NCBI GenBank assembly: GCA_037142615.1
Contig: JBAXAI010000022.1
Coordinates: 1 to 62,075 of the forward strand
Direction: 5' to 3'
Source of the DNA: Spirochaetales bacterium
GTDB lineage: Bacteria > Spirochaetota > Spirochaetia > JABEVK01
Length of the DNA: 62,075 bases
Below are positions 60,157 to 62,075 of this stretch, piece by piece (the stretch's first letter is position 1; every line of letters begins with the position of its first letter). The notes beneath the pieces are model-generated. The model was not told where the DNA came from. It saw only the letters and a list, made by a program, of their open reading frames with translations, and made no database searches. The translations under genes and the position numbers were made by a program.

Positions 60157-61417
60157 CTTGAACCGCTCAAGAGCACCGCGAATTCTAATGATCTGCAATT
60201 TCTACTATCCGCATCTTGGAGGAAATGAGGGGCAGTGCCGACTTCTCAGCGAAGCGCTTGCTCAACGCGGTTTTGCGGTTACTGTATTAACTTTGAAGCA
60301 TTCGCGGCGGCTTGCAACCCGTGAATCCATCAACGGCGTCAATGTACACAGGATTGGCTTACCTGGTTGGTTGAACTACGAAACCATTCCCAGCCTCATG
60401 CGATTCTCAAAAAAACCGACAATTAACACGGCAGCAAACTCTGGTGGCGCGTTCAAAATGGGTTTAGGACAGCGACTCAAGCGACTGATCTATTTGACAT
60501 ACTTTGAAGTCTTTTCATTCACATGCCATGTGGCCTTCCTGCTGAAAGCTGTGTCACTCTTGGAACGCCCCAACGTTGTTCATGTTCATCAGTCCCACTG
60601 GCTTTCCATTTCCGGTTTTGTGGTTTCTACTCTTGTCCGTGCACCACTAGTTGTTAAGGAAGCCGGCCTTGGAGCTATAGCAGGGATGAATCAGACGATT
60701 CTTGGGAAAATCTTGGCAAAGAGTGTGAAAAAGACGGCCCACTTCGTCGCAATCAGTTCTGAAATTCAGACGAACCTTGTCGGGATTGGAATTGAGGGAA
60801 GTAACGTAAGGAGAATTCCCAATGGAGCGCGACCACAACCGCGTGCTTGGCAGGACCAAGGCCAGATGTCGACACTGTTCGTTGGAAATTTCTGGCAGGG
60901 CGCTCTGAAAGGACTCGACATACTTCTCTCTGCATGGAAAGAAGTCTTGATCGACGTGCCAGAGGCAAAATTGCGAATCGTTGGCGAAGGAGACTATCCT
61001 TCATACCGCAGTATTCTCACACCAGAACAACTCCTGACTGTAACGTACGTCGGCCCTTCGAACGAAGTCGAGACCGAAATGCTGAATGCTTTCTGCTTTG
61101 TCCTTCCGTCCCGAAGTGAAGGGTTGTCCAATGCGCTGATTGAAGCTGCCATGTTGGGCATGCCCGTAGTTGCCTCTGCGGTATCCGGTGTTCGAGATAC
61201 AATTCCAAACCTGAGGCTTGGTGCGGTTGTGGGGGTCGAACGATCGGGACAGCTCGCCGCTGCTATCAGACACTTCTACATGAATCGTATAGACGCCCAA
61301 AGTTCGGGTTCCAACTTGCGAGCACGAGCTCAAGATCAATTTGTTCTAGAATCGGTCGCCGAAAAATACGGCGACTTGTATGCCGAGTTGTCGGGCCGAA
61401 AGCACGCAACCACTTGA
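60149..61417 (+). CDS. Glycosyltransferase family 4
   Basis: YPHLGG.E, KGLDILL, FVLPSRSEGLSNALIEAA. Confidence 0.9.
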   Translation: MSDLNRSRAPRILMICNFYYPHLGGNEGQCRLLSEALAQRGFAVTVLTLKHSRRLATRESINGVNVHRIGLPGWLNYETIPSLMRFSKKPTINTAANSGGAFKMGLGQRLKRLIYLTYFEVFSFTCHVAFLLKAVSLLERPNVVHVHQSHWLSISGFVVSTLVRAPLVVKEAGLGAIAGMNQTILGKILAKSVKKTAHFVAISSEIQTNLVGIGIEGSNVRRIPNGARPQPRAWQDQGQMSTLFVGNFWQGALKGLDILLSAWKEVLIDVPEAKLRIVGEGDYPSYRSILTPEQLLTVTYVGPSNEVETEMLNAFCFVLPSRSEGLSNALIEAAMLGMPVVASAVSGVRDTIPNLRLGAVVGVERSGQLAAAIRHFYMNRIDAQSSGSNLRARAQDQFVLESVAEKYGDLYAELSGRKHATT

Positions 61418-61493
61418 GTGCTCGACTGGTTGCCCTTCGCCCATTTGGGATCGAACCGGGTGTCACGATGTCTAGATAAACGGAGATCATATA

Positions 61494-62075
61494 GTGGCAC
61501 CCAAAAGAAAGACTTTTTCCGAAAAGAAAAACGTTTTCCTGCGAATCCTTTCGTTCACGTTTCATGTCGAGCTACAGAGATGTGTTAGCATAATTGTTGC
61601 TTTGGTGTTTCTTGTGTATGGAGGCAATGCCGGTGTCTACGCAAATGCGGCTCTTGCTGCTTTTGAATCGATTGAAGCACTTAGGACTTCAGCTCGCCAA
61701 TTTGTGGTGGGTGATCAGATCGATTTGCTGGGGTACTGGGAAATAAATGATGGTGGTGGACATCGAAGAGTAATTGGTAATGAGGATCGAGGTGGGGCAA
61801 TTGCACTGGGCAATCTTTTTGCCAACGTCATACCGGAGCTCGGGGGCAAGGTCTATCTCGAGTGGTTCGGAGCCACGGCCGAGACAACCGACTCGATCAA
61901 CATCGCTTGGTGTGCGGCTAGTAAATATTCTTGGGTAGTTGCTAACGGGAAGTACAGATCTACAGAGAGCCTTTTTCTTCTGGCCGAAAAGAAATATGAA
62001 CTCAATGGTACCATAGAGTTTGTGTATCCGTCAATTCTTCCCTTGGTTGATGTTCCAGGGGAGCAGGCTGTCCCA
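61494..62075 (+). CDS. Exported protein with tailspike/pectate-lyase-like N-terminal motifs (partial)
   Basis: Read manually: GGAG RBS, GTG start, hydrophobic segment, then FESIEAL..GDQIDLLGYWEINDGGG...VYLEWFGA; open to the window end. Confidence 0.6.
   Translation, partial: MAPKRKTFSEKKNVFLRILSFTFHVELQRCVSIIVALVFLVYGGNAGVYANAALAAFESIEALRTSARQFVVGDQIDLLGYWEINDGGGHRRVIGNEDRGGAIALGNLFANVIPELGGKVYLEWFGATAETTDSINIAWCAASKYSWVVANGKYRSTESLFLLAEKKYELNGTIEFVYPSILPLVDVPGEQAVP

Overview
Bacterial chromosome segment that spans the replication origin. It is most likely from a spirochaete: L34 carries an SDEKKPY tail, tRNA-Arg has a GCG anticodon, and there is a spirochaetal-type lipoprotein. Left part (1-21.9 kb): housekeeping genes, including archaeal-type non-discriminating AspRS, gatCAB, a haem-c MCP, marC/ttcA, msrB, ung, an NfeD-SPFH-SPFH-Ndh2(DoxX-like)-polyprenyl synthase operon, and jag-yidC-yidD-rnpA-rpmH. 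Middle (21.9-37.8 kb): dnaA-dnaN-recF-dciA divergent from gyrB-gyrA, with DnaA boxes and DnaA-trios, a perfect parS, parAB, four tRNAs, SRP RNA, an MNT-HEPN pair, dnaX split at an A10 run, ybaB and recR. Right (37.9-62 kb): a surface-polysaccharide locus. It opens with a Wzz-like gene pair flanked by a duplicated recR 3' end, then a MarR-type regulator with a palindromic operator. Next comes about 10 kb in which sugar genes (manC, rfbA/C twice, rfbD) alternate with tightly packed TA/defence-like modules: DUF6922-AbiEii, HEPN-MNT, two different ABC/AAA-ATPase + nuclease-like pairs, an RfbD-HEPN fusion + MNT, and an orphan HicB. It ends in a lower-GC block for GDP-perosamine and uronic-acid synthesis. 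Family assignments come from motifs recognised by eye; no searches were run.
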